Shown here piece after piece: positions 1-7,620 of a DNA stretch of 53,157 bases; position 1 is the stretch's first letter, and the number at the start of each line of letters is the position of its first letter. The stretch is from contig CAYXNB010000002.1 in assembly GCA_964466475.1 (NCBI GenBank), positions 1 through 53,157 of the forward strand. Reading direction: 5' to 3'. A model generated the notes under the pieces. It had not been told where the DNA came from and searched no databases. It saw nothing but the letters and a program-made list of their open reading frames with translations. The translations under genes were made by a program, and so were the position numbers. This DNA is from an uncultured Candidatus Saccharibacteria bacterium. Lineage in GTDB: Bacteria > Patescibacteriota > Minisyncoccia > UBA6257 > GWB1-50-10.

Positions 1-582
1 TGCACGCGGCGTCGCTCCATCAGGCTTTCGCCCATTGTGGAATATTCTCGACTGCGGCCACCCGTAGGTGTAGGGTCCGTGTCTCAGTACCCTCGTCGGA
101 GGTCAGGCTCTCACCTCTCCTACCCGTCATTGCCTTGGTAGGCCATTACCCTACCAACAAGCTGATGGGACCAAGGCCCCTCCTCAAGCGCAAACACTCT
201 CTTTTAAATATTCTTTGGAAATTTGAAAGCGATATAACGAGACAAGTTCACGAAACGACGAGGAAGGTGTGCTCTGCACTCCGAGGAGGAGTGACAAAGA
301 ACTTGGCCGTTATATCGCTTCCCAAAGGGCGGGCGAATCTTGTCAAAATTCGCTCCGTCAAATTCCAAACAATATCTAAAAGAGAGTGTCCCTTTACCCT
401 TGCGGGACTATCGGGTATTAGCTCGCCTTTCGGCGGGTTATCCCCGACTCGAGGGTAGGTTCCAAGGTATTACTGACTCGTTCGCCACTGGTTTGCTTCC
501 TTGCGGAAACAAACCCGTTTGACTTGCATGCCTTATCCACGCCGCCAGCGTTCGTCCTGGACCAGGATCAAATCCTCAAGAA
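1..582 (-). rRNA. rrs: 16S ribosomal RNA, 5' portion (gene continues beyond window start)
   Basis: Reverse complement reads gaggatttgatcctggtccaggacgaacgctggcggcgtgg (5' end, about 577-537) and cctacgggtggccgcagtcgagaatattccacaatgggcgaaagcctgatggagcgacgccgcgtgca (about 70-1). These are classic 16S conserved blocks. ORFs called here are spurious. Confidence 0.95.
193..390 (-). other. About 190-nt structured insertion (expansion segment or intervening sequence) inside 16S rRNA, V2/helix-10 region
   Basis: About 575 nt are needed to reach the block that lies near position 400 in E. coli numbering. The extra segment is closed by a 19-bp stem (194-212 with 371-389) and holds a second about 20-bp stem (229-249 with 299-318). 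It has no credible ORF. Confidence 0.75.
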
Positions 583-740
583 AAATCTTGGGATGACAAA
601 AAAACTCTTTTATTACTCTTTGTTTGTTTACTTAATTTGGCTTATTTACCCCTCTCTTTGCAAAGCAAAGTGTGGGGTTGCTACATCAGTTTTCAAAGAC
701 CGGTCGGGCAGAAAAAAAGAACCGCTTCAGGGCATTGTCT

Positions 741-768
741 ATTATATGCATCAAAACCCTCTTGTCAA
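741..768 (-). promoter_or_regulatory. Sigma70-type promoter for the rRNA operon (TTGACA-16 nt-TATAAT)
   Basis: Minus strand reads ttgaca agagggttttgatgca tataat, about 160 nt upstream of the 16S 5' end. Confidence 0.7.
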
Positions 769-790
769 ATCCGAAAAAACCATCTACCAT
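762..790 (+). promoter_or_regulatory. Candidate rpmE promoter (TTGTCA-17 nt-TACCAT); its -35 overlaps the divergent rRNA -35
   Basis: Hexamers at 762-767 and 785-790. The ATG at 801 implies a near-leaderless mRNA. Confidence 0.4.
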
Positions 791-800
791 ACACCTTGTT

Positions 801-1106
801 ATGAAAAAAGACATTCATCCGACTTATTATAAGGAAGCGCGCATCGTATGCGTCTGCGGCAATTCCTTTACTCTGGGTGCAACCCAAAAGGAAATTCAGG
901 TTGAAATCTGCTCCAACTGCCACCCCTTCTATACCGGTAAGCAAAATCTGATAGACACCGCCGGCCGCGCCGAGCGCTTCAAAACGCGAGCCGCAAAAGC
1001 AAGCGCGGAAAAAGTGATTAAGAAAAAAGAGAAAAAAGCGACCCGCGTGGCGAAAAAAAAGCCGAAGGTAATTGACGCAAAAGCAAAAACATCAAAAAAG
1101 AAATAA
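801..1106 (+). CDS. rpmE: 50S ribosomal protein L31
   Basis: [23 protein letters not shown]...[12 protein letters not shown], a typical L31 with a CxxC pair. Start moved to the internal ATG at 801; the lysine-rich tail follows. Confidence 0.95.
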   Translation: MKKDIHPTYYKEARIVCVCGNSFTLGATQKEIQVEICSNCHPFYTGKQNLIDTAGRAERFKTRAAKASAEKVIKKKEKKATRVAKKKPKVIDAKAKTSKKK

Positions 1107-1147
1107 AGCGCCTTAAATCATTAATCTTTAATCCTTAATCCTCGTCC

Positions 1148-1783
1148 ATGCAACTACAAACCTCCCCTCGAACCATTCTCGGCAAAAAAGTAAAATCCCT
1201 CCGCAAAAAGGGCCTGATTCCCGCGGAACTCTACGGACGCGGAAAGGAAAACAGGCATCTTGAGGTTTCAAAAAAGGATTTCGAAAAAATATATAAAACC
1301 GCGGGAGAACATACTATTATAGAAACTCTGGTGGAAGAAAAGAAAATCCCGACTCTCATCGCAAGCATACAAAAAAATCCGGTAACGGATGAATTTCTCT
1401 CCGTGGATCTCCACGAGATCCGCATGGACGAAGAAATCAGAACCCACATTCCCGTGGAATTCATAGGAATCGCTCCGGGCTCAAAACTCGGCCTCATGGT
1501 GGTAAAGGTAATGGATGAAATTGAGATCGAAGCCCTGCCCGCAAATCTCCCTCCGAAAATTGAAGTCTCCCTGGAACCCCTTGCAAAAGACGGCGACACG
1601 ATTCACGTGGGCGACCTCAAACTCCCCAAAGGGGTGAAAGTCCTGGTAGAACCCCAAACCGTTATCGTAACCATTTCCGAACACAAAGAAGAAAAGTTTG
1701 AAGAAGCCCCCGCCCCCGTAGCGGAGGCGGCGGAGGAAGGTGAGGAGAAAAAAGAATCGTCCGAAGAAACGAAAAAGGAATAG
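1148..1783 (+). CDS. rplY: 50S ribosomal protein L25 / general stress protein Ctc
   Basis: N-terminus LRKKGLIPAELYGRGKENRHLEV plus the Ctc-type C-terminal beta domain and an acidic tail. Confidence 0.9.
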   Translation: MQLQTSPRTILGKKVKSLRKKGLIPAELYGRGKENRHLEVSKKDFEKIYKTAGEHTIIETLVEEKKIPTLIASIQKNPVTDEFLSVDLHEIRMDEEIRTHIPVEFIGIAPGSKLGLMVVKVMDEIEIEALPANLPPKIEVSLEPLAKDGDTIHVGDLKLPKGVKVLVEPQTVIVTISEHKEEKFEEAPAPVAEAAEEGEEKKESSEETKKE

Positions 1784-1816
1784 CGACATCTTTACATATT
1801 TAAATTTTTAAATATT

Positions 1817-1856
1817 GAAACCACAAAACCTCCCATTCGGGAGGTTTTGTGGTTTC
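1817..1856. terminator. Perfect 18-bp hairpin downstream of rplY
   Basis: gaaaccacaaaacctccc attc gggaggttttgtggtttc. Confidence 0.55.
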
Positions 1857-1872
1857 ATGATACAATAATTCC

Positions 1873-3240
1873 ATGAAGAAAATTTCTGCTCTGTTTTTCG
1901 TTCTCACAATAATCGCAAATGCCGCCTCGCCGTATTCCGCACGCGCGCAAAATCTCTCCCCGGACGGTAAAACCCGGGCCGAACTCGAAGCCGAACTCGC
2001 GGAGCTGGAGCGCAAAATCGAAGAACAGCAAAAGGAAGTAACCAAGTACAAAACCCAGGGCACGACCCTGAAAAACGAGATAAATTCCCTGAACGCGCGA
2101 ATCAATAAACTAAATCTCCAGATCAAATCCCTTGACCTTACTATAGAAAAAGTCGGGCAAAACATAGTGGAAACTCAGCGAAGCATCCTGACCACGGAAC
2201 AAAAAATAGAAATACATAAAGATGCCCTGACAACCGCCGTGCGCAATCTCTACGAACAGGATCAGGAGGGTCTTGTGGAGATTCTCTTGAAAAACAAAGA
2301 ACTCTCGGACTTCTTCGGCGGCATGAACGAGATAGCGAGAGTGCAGACCAATCTCCGCGTGGCGCTTGAAGAGATTATGGGCCTCCGCCAAAATCTTGTC
2401 GCGCAAAAAAATGAACTCGAACTCGAAAAACGGGATAATGAAAATCTAAAGCAGGCCCAGGAACGGCAGAAACAAACCACCCAACTGACTCAAAAAGAAA
2501 AAGATCAGTTGTTGAAAGCCACGAAAGGAAAAGAATCCGAATATCAGAAACTATTGGAAAAATCCAAAGAAACCGCGGCGCAAATCAGAAGCCGCATCTT
2601 CCAGCTTTTGGGCGGCGGAGAACTGACCTTTGAAAAGGCGTACGAATTCGCCAAGCTCGCGGAAAAAGCGACCGGAGTCCGCGCCGCCTTTATCCTCGCG
2701 ATCTTAAACCAGGAATCCGCCTTCGGCCGGAACGTAGGCCAGTGCAAATACAACACCATCATGTCCCAGACCGGAAAGACCGTCATGCGCCCCTCGGACA
2801 TCCCTTATTTCGAGGAGCTCCTTCGCCGCCTCGGCATTGATCCGGAATCCCGCGCCGCCTATGTCTCCTGCCCTATTTTGCGGGACGGCAATCACGGAGG
2901 CGCGATGGGTCCGGCACAATTCATCCCTTCCACGTGGAAATTATATGAAAAAGAAATCGCCCGCGTAACGGGCAATAACCCCCCGAACCCGTGGTCAAAC
3001 TCTGATGCCTTTGCGGGCACCGCCCTCTATCTCAAGGACTCCCTAAACTCGTCATCATGCAGAAATTACGTGAATGAAAACAAACACATCGCGGACGCGC
3101 AAATCCTGGCCGAACGCTGCGCCGCCTCCCAATACTACGCCGGAGGCAGGTGGTATACCTACCGCTGGGTCTATGGAGAACCGGTGATCCAAAAAGCCCA
3201 AAAATTCCAGGCGGATATAAACGTATTGGAAGGGGCGTAA
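1873..3240 (+). CDS. Secreted coiled-coil protein with C-terminal lytic transglycosylase (MltB/SLT-like) domain
   Basis: Signal peptide MKKISALFFVLTIIANAASPYSARA, a long heptad-rich region, then ILNQESAFG and GAMGPAQFIPSTW, which are transglycosylase motifs. Confidence 0.75.
   Translation: MKKISALFFVLTIIANAASPYSARAQNLSPDGKTRAELEAELAELERKIEEQQKEVTKYKTQGTTLKNEINSLNARINKLNLQIKSLDLTIEKVGQNIVETQRSILTTEQKIEIHKDALTTAVRNLYEQDQEGLVEILLKNKELSDFFGGMNEIARVQTNLRVALEEIMGLRQNLVAQKNELELEKRDNENLKQAQERQKQTTQLTQKEKDQLLKATKGKESEYQKLLEKSKETAAQIRSRIFQLLGGGELTFEKAYEFAKLAEKATGVRAAFILAILNQESAFGRNVGQCKYNTIMSQTGKTVMRPSDIPYFEELLRRLGIDPESRAAYVSCPILRDGNHGGAMGPAQFIPSTWKLYEKEIARVTGNNPPNPWSNSDAFAGTALYLKDSLNSSSCRNYVNENKHIADAQILAERCAASQYYAGGRWYTYRWVYGEPVIQKAQKFQADINVLEGA
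3197..3233 (+). repeat. 37-bp direct repeat, copy 1 (3' end of the transglycosylase gene)
   Basis: cccaaaaattccaggcggatataaacgtattggaagg matches 5239-5275 at 36 of 37 positions. Confidence 0.9.
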
Positions 3241-3262
3241 ATTAACATCTATAATAAAACAC

Positions 3263-5236
3263 ATGTCATTCAATCCGGAAGTTCACATGTTCCAAATCCC
3301 GGAAGAAAACACGCGAGCAAAATCGGCAGAACTCGCGGAGAATCTGATGGAATTAAGCGCGGAAATAAGCGCGTGCGTACCGAAGAACGTGGAGATATTT
3401 ACATCGCCGGAATCAAAAACCCGACAAGATCTCTATTATGAAATATCTGCCGCCTGCACGGCCCAAGAGCAAGGCGGAGAAATCCCTGAAAAAACCTTAA
3501 ACCAGATTGCGGCCGACATGACAATATTCCTTGGTGAACATCCATTCAATAAAAGAATCGTATTCTATTACCCGGCGCACCTGATGCCGGATTGCGGAAA
3601 AGAACAAAGACAAAAAAATCCGGAACGCGAAACATTCGCGAAAACTTACGCCGAAAAATGGAAAGAACTCGTCATGGGAGAAAGCGCCGAAGAATCCATG
3701 GAGGCGCTGGAACAAATATCCGCGCTTCTTGAAAAAAATATCGTTACGCCGAATGAGGTGGAAGAAATAATCAGAAATCCGGCGGTCGCGCGAAACGCGA
3801 TGTGCGTGCCGGAATGCGTTACTTCAAAAATTTTTGACAGACAAACCTTTCCGCTAAATGAGTGGAAAAACGCGGTTGAGTCGGCCGCGTCCCGTTTTGA
3901 GGCGCAGCAATACCTGCAAATCTTACCAACCCTCATGGAATACGGGATAGCGGACGCGGATTCGTGGGAAAAAGCAATTCACAACGAAAAAACTCATATC
4001 CGGACAGAAGCCGCGCTGATTGTTCCGCGAATGATAGAAAAAGGAAAAATACGATTTTCAACGGAAGAGTGGAGAGATCTCGCAAGAAATTCCTCGCTAA
4101 GCGTTCGAGAGGCCGCCTTTTCCATATTATCCGACCTGCTCCGTCTTGGGGCAATAACAAAAGAAACTCTGCCCATCGAAGAAATACGAAAAGCCGCGGC
4201 CGGGAAAGACACGGCTCTGCAGGAACACATTATAGATTCTTTTCCGGAATTGATGGAAATGGGCATGATATCAATCGGACAATGGAAAAATCTGCTAAAA
4301 AACCCGAAAAAAGAAATTAGAGAAAAAGCAATAAGTATCCTGCCAGAATTGACGGGTAAAAATCTTCTGACAAAAGAAAATTTTCAAACACCGGAATGGA
4401 TCGCCCTTCTTACAGACAACGAGGAAGACGTCCGAAGAAAAGCGGCAAAAATGATAGGAGCGCTTCTGGACGCGGGTATAATAGAAAATACCGACACATA
4501 CCGGCAACTCCTCCAAAGCACCGACAAGGCAACTCGTTCGGGAGCGATAGAAATCCTGTCCGCGCAAATACGCAAGGGCAGAATAACGCCAAAAGAAATC
4601 ACCGAGCTTACCATGCAAATACCGAACCTTACGCTCCCGCGGGGATTCACGGAAAACCCTGACCTGAAAGAAGTGGTAATGGATGTAAAAATGTTACGAA
4701 AAGCGATTCAAAAAATCGCGCAAAAACACCCAAAAATGCTGCCGGGGTTCCTTCTTCTTGGATCAGCGGCAAAAGGCTACAGCGTTCCGTCGTCCGACCT
4801 GGATATCGCCATAATAATTCAAAAAGATATTTCTTTTGAGGAGCAGGAGGAGATACAAAACGCGATTATACAAGCGGGATTAGAGATGAATGTGATTATA
4901 GACGGATATCACACAATCCCTGTGTCTGATTTTGAACAACCCCGCCTCGCGTCAATGCTTCCGGAAGAAGAGATAGCGACACTCATGATAGGAGAAGTAG
5001 TCGGATCCGATGCGATGGTAAAAGTCCGAGATGCGATTATCAAGGACTTCCAAGAAAAAACGACGGAAAAAGAAGAAACAAATGTCTTGCGAACTATGGA
5101 AACGCACCTGCTTCGCTGGAATATCGCCGAGGAAGCGATGCAACGGGCATATACAAGAGAAAAACCTTACGACAAAAAAGATCCGCAATATAAAGAAGTC
5201 GCGACGCTCGCCTTCCTTACGAAACTGGTTTTATAA
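3263..5236 (+). CDS. HEAT-like repeat protein with C-terminal minimal nucleotidyltransferase (pol-beta superfamily) domain
   Basis: Repeated xxVRxxAaxiLxxLxxxG units (SVREAAFSILSDLL, EIREKAISILPEL, DVRRKAAKMIGALL, ATRSGAIEILSAQI), then LLLGSAAKGYSVPSSDLDIAIII, a GS...DxD nucleotidyltransferase motif. Confidence 0.7.
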   Translation: MSFNPEVHMFQIPEENTRAKSAELAENLMELSAEISACVPKNVEIFTSPESKTRQDLYYEISAACTAQEQGGEIPEKTLNQIAADMTIFLGEHPFNKRIVFYYPAHLMPDCGKEQRQKNPERETFAKTYAEKWKELVMGESAEESMEALEQISALLEKNIVTPNEVEEIIRNPAVARNAMCVPECVTSKIFDRQTFPLNEWKNAVESAASRFEAQQYLQILPTLMEYGIADADSWEKAIHNEKTHIRTEAALIVPRMIEKGKIRFSTEEWRDLARNSSLSVREAAFSILSDLLRLGAITKETLPIEEIRKAAAGKDTALQEHIIDSFPELMEMGMISIGQWKNLLKNPKKEIREKAISILPELTGKNLLTKENFQTPEWIALLTDNEEDVRRKAAKMIGALLDAGIIENTDTYRQLLQSTDKATRSGAIEILSAQIRKGRITPKEITELTMQIPNLTLPRGFTENPDLKEVVMDVKMLRKAIQKIAQKHPKMLPGFLLLGSAAKGYSVPSSDLDIAIIIQKDISFEEQEEIQNAIIQAGLEMNVIIDGYHTIPVSDFEQPRLASMLPEEEIATLMIGEVVGSDAMVKVRDAIIKDFQEKTTEKEETNVLRTMETHLLRWNIAEEAMQRAYTREKPYDKKDPQYKEVATLAFLTKLVL

Positions 5237-5238
5237 AT

Positions 5239-5275
5239 CCCAAAAATTCCAGGCGGATATAAACGTGTTGGAAGG
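5239..5275 (+). repeat. 37-bp direct repeat, copy 2 (orphan gene 3' end followed by stop and terminator)
   Basis: cccaaaaattccaggcggatataaacgtgttggaagg. It still encodes ..QKFQADINVLEG, followed by a stop codon. Confidence 0.9.
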
Positions 5276-5285
5276 AATGTAAAAT

Positions 5286-5309
5286 AAGCGCACCCTAAAA
5301 GGTGCGCTT
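5286..5309. terminator. Bidirectional hairpin between convergent genes
   Basis: aagcgcacc ctaaaa ggtgcgctt. Confidence 0.65.
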
Positions 5310-5316
5310 ATCGTAT

Positions 5317-6621
5317 TCAGAGACCCGCGATTTCCCTAAACTGCCGGACACCGGCATGGAGTTTCTCCGTGATCACGGGCAGATGAGGCACCGTGAAAGC
5401 GTCAGGCGAACCAACCGCTCTGCCGGTTAGACACACCGCCGTAAGTTCATCACGGCCGATCACGCCTTCCTGAACCAAGCGAATGTACCCAGCAAGCGTT
5501 GTACCGCCCGCTGGTTCAACCGCGATGCCCTCAGTGGCAAAGAGGACCTCCATCGCCCGGAGAACCTCTTCGTCAGACGGAGAAACTCCCATCCCACCGG
5601 ATTCGCGAACCGCCCGAACCGCCGTCGGCCCATCCGCCGGCGAACCGATAGCAAGAGCGCTCACTATCGTTTTTGGAGTCCGCACCGGACGAATCTCGCG
5701 AAACCCGCCCCGAATAGCATCCACGATCGGTGAACAACCGGAAGGTTGCGCGACGTGCAGTCGACACGACGCGACGTCCACCAAACCGAAATGTTCGAGA
5801 TCGCGAATGGCACGAGAAACACCACGAATTAGAGTTGCGCCCGCGACAGGCAGAACGACGTGCTCTGGCAAGCGGCCGCCAAACTGGGCGAAAAGTTCGA
5901 AGAGAATCGTCTTCGCGCCCTCGGCGTACCACGGACGAAGATTCACGTTGACGAACGCCACGCCGCCATCTTCTGCGCCAGCGATAAGCCCGCACAGAGT
6001 ATTCACATCATCGTAGGTCCCGTCAACCAGGATAACGAGACCGCCGAACGAAGTGATCGCCTGGATCTTGTGTGCCTCAAGCGAGCGCGGCACAAGAACA
6101 AAGGCGGGAAGATTGAGGGCCTGGGCCTGAGCAGCAACGGCACGAGCGAGATTGCCCGTACTCGCGCAACCAAAAGCCCTCCAACCCTGCTCAAGTGCCG
6201 CGCTGAAAGCAACGGCAACGACCCGATCCTTGTATGAACCGGAAGGCAGATTCGAGGAGTCAAGCTTCAGAAAGAACGTACCGGGAAGAACGCCCAGCGC
6301 GCGACCGAGTTCGTCAGCGGGGTGAAGCGATGTGCCGCCCGATTCACGACCAACCGCAAGTTCGTTGATCGGCAGAAACGGCAAGGCCCGCTCCAGCGCC
6401 GAAAGTGACGTATCAAACAGACGCTCTTTCACGGCAGTCGACGACAGTCCGGTAAAATCGTACCCAATTGCAAGCGGAGCGAAGCACCGCTCGCACGAAT
6501 AACGATTCCGCTCAATGGAGAAGCTTGCCTCGCACTCCAGACAAACGAGGCGAGAAACGAACACAGAGAAATCCTTTCCAGAAATTGTAAATGTGCGGAA
6601 GTGAGGTGCCTTCCTCCCCAT
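5317..6621 (-). CDS. thrC: Threonine synthase-like PLP-dependent enzyme with N-terminal zinc ribbon
   Basis: CLECEASF...SCERC zinc ribbon and the SGSYKDRV PLP-lysine motif; the length and glycine-rich loops fit the ThrC family. Confidence 0.65.
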   Translation of the reverse strand: MGRKAPHFRTFTISGKDFSVFVSRLVCLECEASFSIERNRYSCERCFAPLAIGYDFTGLSSTAVKERLFDTSLSALERALPFLPINELAVGRESGGTSLHPADELGRALGVLPGTFFLKLDSSNLPSGSYKDRVVAVAFSAALEQGWRAFGCASTGNLARAVAAQAQALNLPAFVLVPRSLEAHKIQAITSFGGLVILVDGTYDDVNTLCGLIAGAEDGGVAFVNVNLRPWYAEGAKTILFELFAQFGGRLPEHVVLPVAGATLIRGVSRAIRDLEHFGLVDVASCRLHVAQPSGCSPIVDAIRGGFREIRPVRTPKTIVSALAIGSPADGPTAVRAVRESGGMGVSPSDEEVLRAMEVLFATEGIAVEPAGGTTLAGYIRLVQEGVIGRDELTAVCLTGRAVGSPDAFTVPHLPVITEKLHAGVRQFREIAGL

Positions 6622-6649
6622 CGGACGAAAGCACCCATCTCCAGCCCAT

Positions 6650-6692
6650 TTTCAAAAAAATACAAAAAAACACCCCGGGAAGGCCGGAGGTG
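6650..6692 (-). terminator. Hairpin plus U-run about 30 nt upstream of the thrC start (prfA terminator and/or attenuator)
   Basis: Minus strand reads gcacctccggccttcccggggtg tttttttgtattttttt. Confidence 0.45.
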
Positions 6693-6805
6693 CTTTTGAA
6701 ACATCTATGTCGTAACGAACGCTACAACGCACAACCTAACCTTCCCATAGGGTGGCGCATCATCATGCCTGAAACAATGTAAATCACAAAACTCATAATA
6801 AAATT

Positions 6806-6833
6806 ATTATAAAAAACACGAAGAAGAAGTCAA
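6806..6833 (-). promoter_or_regulatory. Candidate promoter TTGACT-16 nt-TATAAT between prfA and thrC
   Basis: Minus strand reads ttgact tcttcttcgtgttttt tataat. Confidence 0.5.
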
Positions 6834-6839
6834 GCGCAG

Positions 6840-7577
6840 TTATCCCCCCTCCCGAAACCCCCTCACAATCTTATCAAACCCCCCGTTCATAATCCCCTCG
6901 ATATTTCCCCACTTCTTGCCGATGCGGTGGTCCGTAATCCTGTCCTGCGGGAAGTTATAAGTCCGAATTTTTTCTGAACGATCTCCGGTGCCAATCTGCT
7001 CCCGTCGGATCTGATCAATCGAGCCGACCTGCTGTTCCCTTTGCGCCTCATACAGTTTCGCCCGCAAAACCCCCATGGCCCGCTCGCGGTTGGCGTGCTG
7101 ACTCCGCTCCTCGCGCGAAGAAACCACAATCCCCGTGGGTTTATGGAGTATCCGAACCGCGGTCTCCACCTTATTCACGTTCTGCCCTCCGGGCCCTCCT
7201 GCCCGCGAAAAAGTAATTTCCAAATCCCCCTCGTTCAAACGCACCTCGGTTGGCTCCACATACGGCAATACCGCAACTGAAGCAGTGGAAGTATGAATCC
7301 TTCCCTGCCGCTCGGTTTTCGGCACCCTCTGCACCCGATGCACCCCCGACTCGTGCTTCATCTCGTCATACGCTCCTTCGCCGGAAATTTCTCCCACTAA
7401 CGTCTTAAAACCGCCGGACGGGTTCTCGCTTGCGTCAAGAATGGAAAATTTCCATCCCCGATGCTCCGCGTATCTGCGGTACATATTCACAAGGTCTCCG
7501 GCAAAAAGCCCGGCCTCGTCTCCTCCTGCTCCTGCCCGCACCTCCAAAATTATTTTTTTAATTTGTTTTTCGTCCAT
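6840..7577 (-). CDS. prfA: Peptide chain release factor 1-like protein lacking N-terminal domain 1
   Basis: GGQ motif ([10 protein letters not shown]) and a PxT-type decoding motif ([13 protein letters not shown]). Alignment by eye starts at about residue 105 of E. coli RF1. There is no room upstream for the missing domain. Confidence 0.8.
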   Translation of the reverse strand: MDEKQIKKIILEVRAGAGGDEAGLFAGDLVNMYRRYAEHRGWKFSILDASENPSGGFKTLVGEISGEGAYDEMKHESGVHRVQRVPKTERQGRIHTSTASVAVLPYVEPTEVRLNEGDLEITFSRAGGPGGQNVNKVETAVRILHKPTGIVVSSREERSQHANRERAMGVLRAKLYEAQREQQVGSIDQIRREQIGTGDRSEKIRTYNFPQDRITDHRIGKKWGNIEGIMNGGFDKIVRGFREGG

Positions 7578-7620
7578 AAATTACGATACGCATACTACCG
7601 AAAAAAACCCGAAGAATCAA

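Noticed and set aside
135-832. ORFs 135-458, 340-522 and 524-832 on the + strand
   Set aside because: They lie antisense to the 16S rRNA gene and its leader. The rRNA identity of the region is unambiguous and the peptides have no protein-like features.
5483-6016. Long alternative-frame and antisense ORFs inside thrC, the propeller-pilin gene, pfkB, tkt, gap and nrdA (for example 9378-10115, 15212-15931, 16278-17012, 37352-38722)
   Set aside because: These are typical stop-codon-poor shadow frames of GC-rich coding regions. The peptides are Arg/Pro/Ser-rich, and the opposite or other frame has clear homology-type motifs.
5317-6621. thrC-like gene as a recent horizontal transfer, based on high GC
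   Set aside because: Several neighbouring core genes (gap, tkt, pfkB, pilin genes) look equally GC-rich by eye. I cannot compute GC or codon statistics here, so no compositional anomaly can be claimed.
6840-7577. Alternative genetic code (UGA recoding as in Gracilibacteria/Absconditabacteria), suggested by the odd release factor
   Set aside because: Long ORFs are intact under the standard code, and TGA is used as a genuine stop (for example recR ends atc tga at 29417-29419).
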